Assembly (NCBI RefSeq): GCF_004010195.1
Contig: NC_057757.1
Coordinates: 3,833,729 to 3,869,461, forward strand
From: Chiloscyllium plagiosum
Lineage: Eukaryota
Reading direction: 5' to 3'
Length of the DNA: 35,733 nt
The notes under the pieces were generated by a model, which made no database searches, was not told the DNA's origin, and was given only the letters and a program-made list of their open reading frames with translations. Numbering within the stretch: the first letter of the stretch is position 1; the number at the start of each line of letters is the position of its first letter. A program made the translations under genes and the position numbers. Shown in pieces: positions 21,557-33,254 of the stretch.

Positions 21557-21784
21557 TTTATGTCTACTAGGGCTTTATCAACTTTATTCAATGTCTGAGC
21601 CAACTATTAAACTGCTCGGTCTCAGAGTTATATCTTTTGTACATCTTTTATCATGATGAAGGACTTAAAAAACCCCTGGTCAAATGAGACCAGAGAAAAG
21701 TTTTAACTGTACTTGCTTCAGCTTCTGTAGAGCAGTGATTAATAATCAGATTCACACTGTCTGTTCAGGATAATAAGTCAAAAT

Positions 21785-21790
21785 AATAAA
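21785..21790 (+). promoter_or_regulatory. Probable polyadenylation signal of the PLAC8-family gene
   Basis: AATAAA about 780 nt after the stop, followed about 13 nt later by CA and a GT/T-rich stretch (gtgacttgtcttattt). Weaker ATTAAA alternatives at 21114 and 21606. Confidence 0.55.
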
Positions 21791-22906
21791 GGCATTACCC
21801 ATCAGTGACTTGTCTTATTTAATTTGGCATAACTCTGCTGTGTTCCACAGACCCTTCCCCAACTGGGCTGTTCTGTTCCTTATTTGGCAATGTGTCACTG
21901 TTTACTGCTCCTGAGCTTGAGTGGGGGAGGAAGGGGATGTGTGTGGATGTGGTGCCAATCAAGCGGGGGTTGCTTTGTCCCTGGATGGTGTCGGGCTTGT
22001 TGAGTGTTGTTGGAGCTGCCCCCATCCAGGGGCAAGTGGGGAGTATTCCCTCACACTCCTGACTTGGGCCTTGTCGATGGTGGATTGACTTCGGGGACGT
22101 AGCTGGTGAGGAAAAAGGGGTGATTTCTGGGTTTTTTTGAGGTAGGGGGTTGCTATTGGAAGGGGACGGTTACAAAACATAACAAGATGGAGACTGGGAG
22201 GGGAAATTGAGGGGCCTACAGTTTAGAAGAGTGTGGTGCTGGAAAAGCACAGCCAGTCAGGCACCAGCCAAGGAGCAGGAGAATCAACGTTTTGGGCATG
22301 AGCGCTTCAGTAAGAGGTGAGAGGACAGGAAACAACCAACAGGCAGGCCAATGGGAAGATATTGGAGAACGTTGTGGGTCCCAGGGGGAGGACGGGAAGA
22401 GTTCTAGGCTATGACTGATAATGGGATGGGTGGGATGTAGCAGAAGCAGTTGGTTCAGTGAAGATATTGGTGACAATACAGATAGAAACCATGTAGATGA
22501 GAACGTGGAAGGGTAAGGTAAGTACATCTGTCAAAATTTGAGGAGGTCTCATTGCGTTTGGCCTCAAACTGCTCATCGAGATAAAATCACGAGGGACACG
22601 GATAAGGTGAAGAGCCAAAGTCTTTGCCCTGGGGTGGGGGAGTCCAAAACGAGAGGGCATAAGCTTAAGGTGAGAGGGGAAAGACTTAAAAGGGACCCGA
22701 GGGCAACTTTTTCATGGGTGGTTCATCCAGAGGAAGTGTAGGCACAGTTATAACATTTGGACAGGTACATGAATAGGTAGGGTTGAGAGGGACATGGGCC
22801 AAACACAGGCAAGTGGGACAGGTTTGGGACAACTGGTCAGCATGGATTGGTTGAACCGAAGGGTCTGTTTCAGTGCTGTATAATTCCAGACATATAAATG
22901 ACCAGA

Positions 22907-23074
22907 GGCCAGATTAGTGTGGTGCTGGAAAAGCACAGCAGGTCAGGCAGCATCCGAGGAGCAGGAAAATCGACGTTTCGGGCAAAATCCCTTTGTCAGG
23001 AATGTTCATCAGATATGGTGCTTTTCCAGCACCATTCTGATCTAAGCTCCAGCAACAGCAGTCCTCAGTTTTGC
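22907..23074 (-). mobile_element. Short palindromic Penelope-like insert with a 16-bp target-site duplication and a decayed hammerhead core
   Basis: catataaatgaccaga (22891-22906) and cataaaaatgaccaga (23075-23090). Minus strand 22999-22971 reads CTGACAA-A-GGGA-TTTT-GCCC-GAAA-CGTC-G. Confidence 0.7.
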
Positions 23075-23091
23075 CATAAAAATGACCAGAC

Positions 23092-23180
23092 CTCTGTCCC
23101 ACCAGGGATTCCACGGCCATGCCTTTTGAGGGCAAAGCGCTGGAGACAGAATGATTCTTTGTGAAAGGGTAATGTCTGTT
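23092..23180 (-). other. Possible further exon of the minus-strand gene (3' boundary uncertain)
   Basis: Strong acceptor with a branch-like ctgac: ctgaccctctcgtttccgccttccgtccgcag| at 23181. Only weak donors are seen (CTG|gtggga at 23103, GAG|gtctgg at 23092). Confidence 0.3.
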
Positions 23181-23542
23181 CTGCGGACGGAAGGCGGAAA
23201 CGAGAGGGTCAGGTTGGAAGATGCAATCAGGGCGTTTGCAAAATGTGAGACCATCTAAATCTGACTCTGATGCAAATCGTACAGTCATGCAAATCATCAG
23301 AGTCTTGTGTAACTCAAGCGTAAATGAAACACAGGGCTCACAGATGGATGATAGTTGGATAGGCAACGTGAGCGATGTACACGGAGGTATAGAGAGTCAG
23401 ATGGAGAGATAGACAGATAGATCAACAGATAACTGCAGAGAGCTGCAGTTGCTGGAGCTCTGCAGTCAGAACTGAATGTAGTGGATGAACTCGGTGAGAC
23501 TGACAGAGTTGAGGGTGCTGTAGTTGAAACATCACTAGATCA

Positions 23543-25335
23543 AAGTCAGAGAGACGTACAGCATGGAAATAGACCTTCGGTCCAAGTTGAACATGCCTAC
23601 CAGATATCCTAACCTAATCTAGTCCCATTTGGCCCCTATCCCTCTAAACCCTTCCTATTCATATACCATCCAGATGCCTTTTAAATGCTGTAATTGTACC
23701 AGGCTCCACCACTTCCTCTGGCAGCTCATTTCATCCACACACCACCCTCTGTGTGAAAAAGTTGCCCCTTAGGTCCCTTTTATATCTTTCCCCTCTCACC
23801 CTAAACCTATGCCCCTGAGTTCTGGACTCCCCCACCCCAGGGAAAACACCTTGTCTACTTACCCTATCTATGCCCCTCATTTTATAAACCTCGATAAGAT
23901 CACCCCTCAGACTCCGACGCTCCAGGGAAACCTGCTTGGAATCGGCAAGATATTATTGAGCTGGAGAGAAGGATTTACCAGGATGTTGCCAGGTATGGAG
24001 GCTTGACCAGATGGGCCAATAGGTTGAGAAGTGGCAGATGGAGTTTAATTCAGATAAATGTGAGGTGCTGCATTTTGGGAAAGCAAATCTTAGCAGGACT
24101 TATAACTTAATGGTAAGGTCCTAGGGAGTGTTGCTGAACAAAGAGACCTTGGAGTGCAGGTTCATANNNNNNNNNNNNNNNNNNNNNNNNNNNNNNNNNN
24201 NNNNNNNNNNNNNNNNNNNNNNNNNNNNNNNNNNNNNNNNNNNNNNNNNNNNNNNNNNNNNNNNNNNNNNNNNNNNNNNNNNNNNNNNNNNNNNNNNNNN
24301 NNNNNNNNNNNNNNNNNNNNNNNNNNNNNNNNNNNNNNNNNNNNNNNNNNNNNNNNNNNNNNNNNNNNNNNNNNNNNNNNNNNNNNNNNNNNNNNNNNNN
24401 NNNNNNNNNNNNNNNNNNNNNNNNNNNNNNNNNNNNNNNNNNNNNNNNNNNNNNNNNNNNNNNNNNNNNNNNNNNNNNNNNNNNNNNNNNNNNNNNNNNN
24501 NNNGTACAATTACAACATTTAAGAGGCATTTGGATGGGTATATAAATAGGAAGGGTTTGGAGGGATATGGGCCAGATGCTGGCAGGTGGGACTAGATTGG
24601 GTTGGGATATCTGGTCGGCATGGACGGGTTGGACTGAAGGGTCTGTTTCCGTGCTCTATATCTCTATGACTCTCTGACTCTATTTGAGTTATAAGGAGAG
24701 TCTGGGACTTTCTTTACTGGAGGCTGTGGGGTGACCTTACAGAGGTTTATAAAATTAGGAGGGGTGTAGATAGGGGTAATGGTTGGTGTCTTTAGGATGG
24801 GTGATTTGAAGACTAGAGGACATATTTTTAAGGTGAGAGGAGAGAGATTTAAAAAAGACACACAGGGAAATCTTTTACACAGAGGGAGGTTCATGTGTGG
24901 AACAAATTTCTTGAGGAAGTGGTGGATTACGTTCAAAAGACATTCAGATAAGTACATGAAGAGGAAAGATTTGGAGGGATATGGCCAGGAGCAGGGAGGT
25001 GGGACTAGTTTAGTTTGGGATTATGGTCCACACGGATTGGTTGGAATGAATGGTTTCTGTGTCATGTGACTCTTCGACTAGAAACTGAGCTTAACATTCA
25101 GCAGGGCCAAGGGTTCAAATCCCGTCATAGTGGGGGGCAAATTCAGACTCAACTTGGAATTAAAATGTCAGATCTAATGACAACATTTATAAGATAGGTT
25201 AGGACATTGAAACCAGATTTGGACAGGTATATGAATAGGAAAGATTTAGGGGGACATGGAGCAAAAGCAGCCAGACGGGACTATTCAGTTTAGGGAACTA
25301 TGGCTGAAGGATCTGTTTCTATACTGTGTATGACT
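23543..25335. mobile_element. Cluster of CR1-type LINE 3' fragments in both orientations (includes N gap 24167-24503)
   Basis: Minus copy at about 23543-23930. Plus copies at about 24005-24680, 24680-25075 and 25200-25335, each with the FKRHLD/3' UTR signature. Confidence 0.8.
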
Positions 25336-25359
25336 CAGTCGCTGCTGCCAGTTCATAGA

Positions 25360-25620
25360 CTTCCCACAGCGTGGAACCAAGCCCTTTGACCCAAGTCCAC
25401 CCCTGATTAATGCACCTAGCCTACACATCCCTGAAAACTCTGAGCAATTTAGCATGGCCGACTCACCTTAACCTGCACATCATTGGATTGTGGGAGGAAA
25501 CCCACGCAGACACGGGGAGAATGTGCAAACTCCACACAGACAGTCACCCGAGACTGGAATCAAACCCCAGTCCCTGGTGCTGTGAGGCAGCAGTGCTAAC
25601 TACTGAGCCACCATGCCACA
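25360..25620 (-). mobile_element. HE1-type SINE
   Basis: Reverse complement of the HE1 head and body. Confidence 0.8.
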
Positions 25621-25919
25621 AGTTGTCCAGTAGCAAATCATTCGTCCTTACCTTAACAGACCCACAGCGATGTGCAGTTGGTGCTTAACCGTCCTCTGGG
25701 CCATTAGGGATGTGTAATAAATGCTACCCTTTATGCCAATACATGATAAAAAGAACCAAAATCTGTGTCCTCTTCCTCTGAGACATTGAGGGATTCATTC
25801 CTTCCAAACTGAAAGGTCTGGTCATCGGGTGAGAAATCTCAGACGTCAAAATAGGAACGCATTCTCGGGAGGTTCAAATGCCTGAGGGCCGTCTTTAATT
25901 GGGATTAACCGAGCGATAT

Positions 25920-26076
25920 GGACAGCACGGCGTTAGGTACAGAGTAAAGGTCTGTCTACACTGTCTCCCATCAAACACTCCCCAGAACAGGGACAGCACG
26001 GGGTTAGATACAGAGTAAAGCTCCCTGTACACTGACCCTATCAAACACTCCCAGGACAGAGACAGCATGGGGTTAC
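25920..26076. repeat. Second short array (about 2.5 copies) of the same 70-bp repeat
   Basis: Same ggacagcacggggttagatacagagtaaagctccc unit as at 791-1307. Confidence 0.85.
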
Positions 26077-26329
26077 TGAGTAATCCGCTCCTTAATTCCG
26101 CAGATTGAGGACATTGCCAATGGGATTAACCCCTCCCTTCTGGATCCGACTCCTCCTCCCCTGTACCATTTATACCGAGAGTGAATGGGGCCATTGACGA
26201 TGAGAAGGGAGAAGGAATTCTCAGGGTACAAACTAACAGGAGCAGCAGTTCCACAGTATATCTCTGTCTTACAAGAATTATTCCTGTTGATGGTAAATTG
26301 ATAATAATTGAATGGTGAAGGATATCTCT

Positions 26330-26828
26330 GAACTGAAAAGGGTTCAGAAAAGATTTACAAGGATGCTGCCAGGGTTGGAGTGTTTGAGCTATAGGGAGAG
26401 GCGAACTAGGTTTGGGCTGTTTTCCCCTGGAGTGTCGGAGGCTGAGGGGTGATCTTATGGAGGTTTATAAAATTATGAGGGACATAAATAGAATAAATAG
26501 ACAAGACCTTTTTCCTGGGGTGGGATAATCCAAAACCGGAGGGCATAAGTTTAGGGTGAGAGGGGAAAGATTTAAAAGGGACCTAAGGGGCAACATTTTC
26601 ACACAGAGGGTGGTGCGTGGAAGGAGCTGCCAGAGGAAATGGTGGAGGCTGGTATAATTACAGTGTTTAAGAGGCATTTGGATGGGTATATGAAAAGGAA
26701 GGGTTTGGAGGGATATGGGCCAAGTGCTGGCAAATGGGACTAGATTAGGTTAGGCTATCCAGTCGGCATGGACATGTTGGACCGAAGGGTCTGTTTCCGT
26801 GCTGTACATCTCTATGACTCTCTGACTC
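26330..26828 (+). mobile_element. CR1/HER1 LINE 3' end
   Basis: gaaaagggttcagaaaagatttacaaggatg through tacatctctatgactctctgactc. Confidence 0.88.
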
Positions 26829-27084
26829 TAAATTCTTCTTTGGAGCGGGAACGTGAAAGAGACACCTCAATATTTCAATCCATAACCCCTCGGAATACGC
26901 AGTCTAATTCTCTAGATTTCCTAATTATCTGCTTTGTCTGCATGCCAGTCCTGCAGCAATTGGTGTACCAGGATGTCTGCTGAGTAAACTGTCCCAGGGC
27001 GAATGCAGCACTCTGGAGAATGCATGCCTGTGTGAGGTCCCAATGTTTAGGGTGAGGTTTTAAGCCAAGAGAATTAGACCTTAC

Positions 27085-27116
27085 CTTCAGCGCCGACTGG
27101 AGACTAAGACTACCAC
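27085..27116 (-). CDS. Putative 32-nt exon of the minus-strand gene
   Basis: Minus strand: gatgttcttccagcag|GTGGTAG...GCTGAAG|gtaagg (NAGNAG acceptor, strong donor). Phase-1 reading GGSLSLQSALK. Confidence 0.45.
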
Positions 27117-27419
27117 CTGCTGGAAGAACATCACATTGCGGGTGAAGATTGCACCAATTCAATGTCAGGATCACCTAGCCCAGAGCGAGTCGATGATCTC
27201 GTCAGCAGTGTCGTTTTTTTAAAGCCTCGGGTGCCACATGGGACTTGAACTCGAGCCCTCCTGGCCCAGAGGTAGTGGCACTACCATCTACAATTTCTCC
27301 CCTTGACATATTTTCCCCAATCAATTCATTAAAGGTGCTCCCTCTGGACTGGAACGTGGGCCTCCCGTCTCGGTGGTAGGGACGCTAGCACTGCACCACA
27401 ACTGCTTTCTCTTTTACTC

Positions 27420-28015
27420 AGAATCATATGGCATGGAAACTGACCATTTGGCCTAACCAGTCCACGCTGAACATAGCCCCAAACTAAACTAGTCCCAGCT
27501 GCTTGCTCCTGGCCCATATCCCTCCAAACCTTTCCTGTTCATAAATTTATCCAAATGTCTTTTAAACATTGTAACTGTACCCACATCCACCTCTCAAGAG
27601 GTTCATTCCATATGTGAACCACTCTCTGTGTACACAAATTACCCCTCATGTCTTTTTCAAGTCACTCTCCTCTCACCTTAAAAATATGCCCCCTTAGTCT
27701 TCAAATCCCCCCACTCTCGGGAAAAGACACCTATCTATATTCCTCATGATTTTATAAACCTCACCCCTCAACCTCCTCCACTTCAGTGATACAAGTCTCA
27801 GCCGAACTAGTGTCTCTTCCATTCCTGGCAACATCCTGGTAAATCTCTTCAGTTTAAGATTCACCTTCCTATAACAGGGCAACCCAGAACTGGACACAAT
27901 GCTCCAGAAGAGGTCTCACTAATGTCCTGTACAACCCCAACATGACGTCCTAACTCCTGTACTCAAAGGTTTGAGCGATGAAGGCAAGCATACGAAACAC
28001 CTTTTTAATCACTTG
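27420..28015 (-). mobile_element. CR1-type LINE 3' part
   Basis: KRFTRMLPGME..RRLRGEVYKIMR plus the 3' UTR. Confidence 0.8.
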
Positions 28016-28325
28016 CGGTGCACTTACCAAACATTTAAAAATAAAACTTTATTGACTTTAAAATTTTCCCAATCACCCTGTTGAGAAATGCAACTTGACA
28101 CTCCTGCAGTAGTTGGGACTTGAATCCAGGCTCCTCTAGTCCAGGGGCTGGGACACTGCCACTGTGTCACAAGAGGGCCCCCAACAAACTTTCTTTTTTC
28201 TCTCCCCATCAACACCGCAGAATGACCTGCGGCAATCTCCATGCTGTGAACCACCACCAGGAAATCACCTGCAGTTTTCCCATCGATGGACTTACTCCAG
28301 ACTCTCTGCTATTAGGGGCAATGCA

Positions 28326-28800
28326 ATAGAGTCATAGAGTCGTACAGCATGGAAACAGACCCTTCGGTCCAACTCGTCCATGCGGACCAGATACCCTCAC
28401 CTAATCTAGTTCCATTTGCCAGCACTTGGCTCATATCCCTTCATGTAATCATTCAGATGCCTTTTAAATACTATAATTGTACCAGCCTCCATCATTGCCT
28501 CTGGCAGCTCATTCCACACACGCACCACACTCCGCATGAAAAAGTCCCCCTCAGGTCGCTTTTAAATCTTTCCCCTCTCACCTCTACCCTCTAGTTTTGG
28601 ATTCCCCTACCTTGGAAGCGACCTTGTCTATTCCCCCTATCCATGCCCCTCATGATTTTATAAACCTCTATCAGGTCACCCCTCAGCCTCAGGGGAAAAA
28701 GCCCCAGCCTATTCAGCCTCTCCCTGTAGCTCAAACCCTCCAACTGAGGCAACATCCTTGTAAATCTTAAGAGTTGAATAACATCCTTCCTCTAACAGGG
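28326..28800 (-). mobile_element. CR1/HER1 LINE 3' end
   Basis: Same family as 3051-3576 and 17258-17721. Confidence 0.85.
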
Positions 28801-29204
28801 TCATTTTTTATTCACTCAGAAGTTGTGGCTGTTGCTGGTCAGACCAGTATTTAATACCACCCCTAACTGCCCCTTGACTGAGCGGCTTGCTCAGCTATTT
28901 CAGAAGGCAGTTCAGTGTAAGCCCCATCGCTGCGGGTCTGGAGTCACGTGTAGGCCAGACCAGGATAAGGGCGGTAGGTTTCCCTCCCAAAAGGACATTA
29001 GCGAACTCATCCAGATGAGTTGAGATGTGGAATCAATTCCTGCATCGGCTGAGTTTACTGCACAGGATTCTCCTTAACCTCTCCACTTACCTGAGGGCAT
29101 GGTGACCCTCAGATTAAACCAATACCAGTCCCCTCTCTCTCTCTCACTCCCTCTCTGAGGAGCGAGTAATCCCATCATCTGGTAAGACTGGGAACATTTT
29201 TCTA

Positions 29205-29564
29205 ATGGCAGGATCTATACACTTCACAGTAGGGCCTTGGGGAGTGTTGCTGACAGACTCCTTGGAGTGAAGGCTCATAGTTCCTTGATGGTAGGGAAGA
29301 AGGTGTTTGGAAATGCTGCCTTCATTGGTCAGTGCATTGAGTATAGGAGTTTGGAGGTCATGTTGCAGCTGTACAGGACATTGGTTAGGCCACTTTTGGA
29401 ATACTGCATTTAATTCTGGTCTCCCTGCTACAGGAAGGAAGTTGTGAAACTTGAAAGGGTTCAGAAAAGATTTACAAGGATGTTGGAGGGTTTGAGCTAC
29501 AGGGGGAGGCTGAATAGGCTGGGGCTGTTTTCCCTGTAGCATCAGAGGCTGAGGGGTGACCTTA
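29205..29564 (+). mobile_element. CR1/HER1 LINE fragment running into N gap 29565-30363
   Basis: ctgtacaggacattggttaggccacttttggaatactgc..ctggtctccctgc matches 6830-6890. Confidence 0.85.
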
Positions 29565-30659
29565 NNNNNNNNNNNNNNNNNNNNNNNNNNNNNNNNNNNN
29601 NNNNNNNNNNNNNNNNNNNNNNNNNNNNNNNNNNNNNNNNNNNNNNNNNNNNNNNNNNNNNNNNNNNNNNNNNNNNNNNNNNNNNNNNNNNNNNNNNNNN
29701 NNNNNNNNNNNNNNNNNNNNNNNNNNNNNNNNNNNNNNNNNNNNNNNNNNNNNNNNNNNNNNNNNNNNNNNNNNNNNNNNNNNNNNNNNNNNNNNNNNNN
29801 NNNNNNNNNNNNNNNNNNNNNNNNNNNNNNNNNNNNNNNNNNNNNNNNNNNNNNNNNNNNNNNNNNNNNNNNNNNNNNNNNNNNNNNNNNNNNNNNNNNN
29901 NNNNNNNNNNNNNNNNNNNNNNNNNNNNNNNNNNNNNNNNNNNNNNNNNNNNNNNNNNNNNNNNNNNNNNNNNNNNNNNNNNNNNNNNNNNNNNNNNNNN
30001 NNNNNNNNNNNNNNNNNNNNNNNNNNNNNNNNNNNNNNNNNNNNNNNNNNNNNNNNNNNNNNNNNNNNNNNNNNNNNNNNNNNNNNNNNNNNNNNNNNNN
30101 NNNNNNNNNNNNNNNNNNNNNNNNNNNNNNNNNNNNNNNNNNNNNNNNNNNNNNNNNNNNNNNNNNNNNNNNNNNNNNNNNNNNNNNNNNNNNNNNNNNN
30201 NNNNNNNNNNNNNNNNNNNNNNNNNNNNNNNNNNNNNNNNNNNNNNNNNNNNNNNNNNNNNNNNNNNNNNNNNNNNNNNNNNNNNNNNNNNNNNNNNNNN
30301 NNNNNNNNNNNNNNNNNNNNNNNNNNNNNNNNNNNNNNNNNNNNNNNNNNNNNNNNNNNNNNNTTGGGGATGTAGGGGTGGGGGTGTCCAGTGGGGGCGG
30401 GGGTGGTGGGTGAAGCAGAGAGAGAGAGAGAAAGAGAGAGGACGGGAGTTGAGAACAGGGTTGCAGAGGGAGCAATCCCATTGGGAGTTTCCGCCGATCC
30501 GCACCCCCACTTCCACCCCTTGGGTGGGGGTCCGGTGGTGGGACGCAGGTGGCAGGCGGGTGAGTCATCAGGTCATATTTGGCCAACTCGTGCCCCCTAA
30601 CCCCCTTCCCCCTCCCCTATTGACGATCAGAAGGTGAGGGGGGGGGGGGAAGTGGTCAC

Positions 30660-30705
30660 CTTGAATCTGCGTCTCCTGAAGCAACCTGGCCATCTTCATG
30701 GCAAC
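30660..30705 (-). CDS. Putative 46-nt exon of the minus-strand gene
   Basis: Minus strand: ccctttttctttaacgcgtggcaacag|GTTGCC...TTCAAG|gtgacc. Reads VAMKMARLLQETQIQ or CHEDGQVASGDADS. Confidence 0.45.
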
Positions 30706-30779
30706 CTGTTGCCACGCGTTAAAGAAAAAGGGACTGAAAAATAGGCCATTCAGCCCTTCAAGCCTGCCCTGCACCCCCC

Positions 30780-31180
30780 AAACACACAAACATACACACA
30801 TGCACACAGACACGCACACACACAGGCACATCCACACACGTGCACATGCACAGACATACACACACACAGACAGACGTGCACACGCTCGCACACACACGTG
30901 CACACAGACACACACACACACAGGCACATCCACACACGTGCACATGCACAGACATACACACACACAGACATGCACACAAACAGACAGGCGTGCACATGCT
31001 CGCACACACACACAGACAAACGTGCACACAGACGCACACACACAGGCACATGCACAGACACGCACACACAGAGAAATGCACACATGCAGACACACGCGCG
31101 CACACATGCAGACACACGCGCGCACACATGCATAAACACAGCTGCGCGCACGCACATATGCACACGCACACACCCACACC
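30780..31180. repeat. Complex CA/CG-rich microsatellite with higher-order repetition
   Basis: cacaggcacatccacacacgtgcacatgcacagacatacacacacacagaca occurs twice (about 30820 and 30919). Confidence 0.9.
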
Positions 31181-31250
31181 CCTAGTTCCCTCTAACCCCC
31201 GCCAGTCGTGTTCCCCAAGACAATGGACAAATCCTCGGGCTTGGTCCCAC

Positions 31251-31350
31251 CTGGTCAGGTTTGCAGACCAACCCATGGAGGAGAAGGTTCTGGAACGTCG
31301 TTGGGTGGGTGAGGCGGCACGAGGGAAGACGAAAGCGCCCTGCCCCGATC
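31251..31350 (-). CDS. Putative 100-nt exon (78 nt with an alternative donor at 31273) of the minus-strand gene
   Basis: Minus strand: agttatttttctcag|GATCGG...GACCAG|gtggga, alternative ATGG|gttggt. CpG-rich. Reads IGAGRFRLPSCRLTHPTTFQNLLLHGLVCKPDQ or SGQGAFVFPRAASPTQRRSRTFSSM. Confidence 0.5.
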
Positions 31351-31934
31351 CTGAGAAAAATAACTTGTAAGGTGGAAACGACAGGCTGACTGAGCCCTTC
31401 ACGGGTCGTCCTGAGGTTGGGGAAGGTGCTACGAAATGAAGGCCTCGATTCCGCGATTCCAATCCCTTTCGGTGGGGGAGGGAGAGCGAGGGAGGCTGGG
31501 AGATATAACCAGTGGCTGGACAAGGGGTGAGAAGGGGGACCAGCTGTCACCCAGTGGGGGACAGCAGTTCCACAGCTCCGTGGGATCTTGCTGTGCACCG
31601 CCATGCCCCGCTCTGTCCGAAATGCCAGAATTCTTGGAGGACATCAAGGCAAAAAGAAAAGACTACGGAACTGGGGATATGAGAAAGAGGCATGGGAAGA
31701 CTCCACCATTCCCGTCACTTGGCAGCGATCTTAGCGGCTGAACTTTGACCTCACTCCCATATTGTCGGTGGAGCAGGCTCAGGGTGGGAATGGGGTGTGC
31801 GGATGGCCCACCCGCTCCTATTTCCAACATTATCCCATCAGATTCCCGAGGATGCTGTGAGGAAGTGTCCTCCCCCACCCACACCCCCTTGCCATTTCCC
31901 GAGTTTGCCACCTCCATCCACCTCTGGGTCTTAC

Positions 31935-31978
31935 CTCACCAGTGGCCGCTGTCTCAGGTTGGCACGGTGCGCCAGGAT
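31935..31978 (-). CDS. Putative 44-nt exon (39 nt with an alternative donor at 31940) of the minus-strand gene
   Basis: Minus strand: ctgctttgtacctttcag|ATCCTGG...CTGGTGAG|gtaaga, alternative donor CTG|gtgagg. Reads ILAHRANLRQRPLV or (D)PGAPCQPETAATG. Confidence 0.55.
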
Positions 31979-32369
31979 CTGAAAGGTACAAAGCAGATGG
32001 CAAAGCACTCAGGGGACACGCTCTCGTGTTTGTGTGCGATTCCCTTCCATCTCAACCAGCGAAACTACAACATCCACCCCTCCTGAGCACCCACCCCTCT
32101 CAGTTCTAGCCACTGCCCCCTTCATGACCTCGACTCCCGCCCCTCTGGATTTTCCAGCCTGGTCGCTTAGTGACACCCCCTGCATCCCATCTCCCTGCCC
32201 CCAGCGCTTTACTACACTGTGGTGAGGCATCATTGCCTTAAGTTTTCCAGGAGCTACGTCAATGCAAATTGTTGTTGTAGTCTGGGATTGCCAACCCTTG
32301 CTTGGTTGTTGCTTCATGATAAATTGTCTCCCCTACGTCGGAGGTATTAACAATGCCATTGGGATAGGG

Positions 32370-32885
32370 GATGGTGTCGTGGCTCAGTGGTTAGCACCGA
32401 TGCCTCACAGTACCAGGAAGCCAGGTTCAATTCCATCCTCGGGTGACTGTGTGGCGTTTGCACATTTCCCCCCACACCCCCCGTGTCTGCATGGGTTTCC
32501 TCACAAATTCCAGGTTAGGGTGGATTGGCTGTGCTAAATTGTCCCATAGTGCCCAGGGATGTGCAGGTTAGGGTGGATTGGCCATGCTAAATTGTCCCAT
32601 AGCGTCCAGGGATGTGCAGGTTAGGGGGGATTGGCCATGTTAAATTGTCCCATAGCGCCCAGGGATGTGCAGGTTAGGGGGGATTGGCCGTGCTAAATTG
32701 TCCCATAGTGCCCAGGGATGTGCAGGTTAGGGTGGATTGGCCATGCTAAATTGTCCCATAGTGCCCAGGGCTGTGCAGGGTTACAGGGATAGGGTAGGGG
32801 GGGGATATGGATTTGCGTGGGATGCTATTCAGGGTGTCGGTGTGGACTTGCTGGGCCGAATGGCCTGCTTCCAAACTCTAGGGAC
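32370..32885 (+). mobile_element. HE1-type SINE with about 5 copies of the internal 53-bp unit
   Basis: Head gtggctcagtggttagcac..ggttcaattcc, array at 32510-32780, tail ggacttgctgggccgaatggcctgc. Confidence 0.85.
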
Positions 32886-33254
32886 TTGATGAAATTTCTC
32901 CTCATCTCAGTCCTATCCCACCTCGTTGAGACCGTAACCTGTTGGGAACATGCCTCCTGCCTTTCTAGTCCCATCAGGATATGAAGGGCTCCCATTCGCT
33001 TCCCGTTGAACACAAATAAACAGCGAATGCTAAATGGCAAGTCGACTTGATGAAACATTGTGCCTGGGACTGGGCAAAACGCAGGCACCGAATGGGGTTA
33101 GTGAGTTGGCTTGCTCACTCTATTGACGTCTCCACCCCCTATGTCCCATTATCTTTAACACAGAGTTAGAGACAGTAAGTGGAGGATCACATGGAGCAGA
33201 GAATTGACCCATCCAGCCTGTACAGCCCAAAATACACTCTTACCTCAGTTATGG

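Noticed and set aside
22409..22527. Minus-strand hydrophobic stretch (VLTLPFHVLIYMVSICIVTNIF) after ttttgacag as a terminal TM exon, and candidate exons at about 25730-25808 and 26075-26160
   Set aside because: Weak acceptors, undetermined frame and no recognisable homology make them insufficient to call.
28190..28325. Plus-strand acceptor-like site (ttcttttttctctccccatcaacaccgcag)
   Set aside because: No matching donor, and it lies downstream of the PLAC8 poly(A) signal with no partner exons.
31255..31257. In-frame TGA in one reading of the minus-strand exon chain as possible selenocysteine
   Set aside because: No selenoprotein-like context or recognisable SECIS, and alternative donors or frames explain it more simply.
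30568..31462. Cys/Val- and His/Thr-rich ORFs resembling metal-binding proteins
   Set aside because: Translations of a CA/TG microsatellite. Only the short splice-bounded segments were kept.
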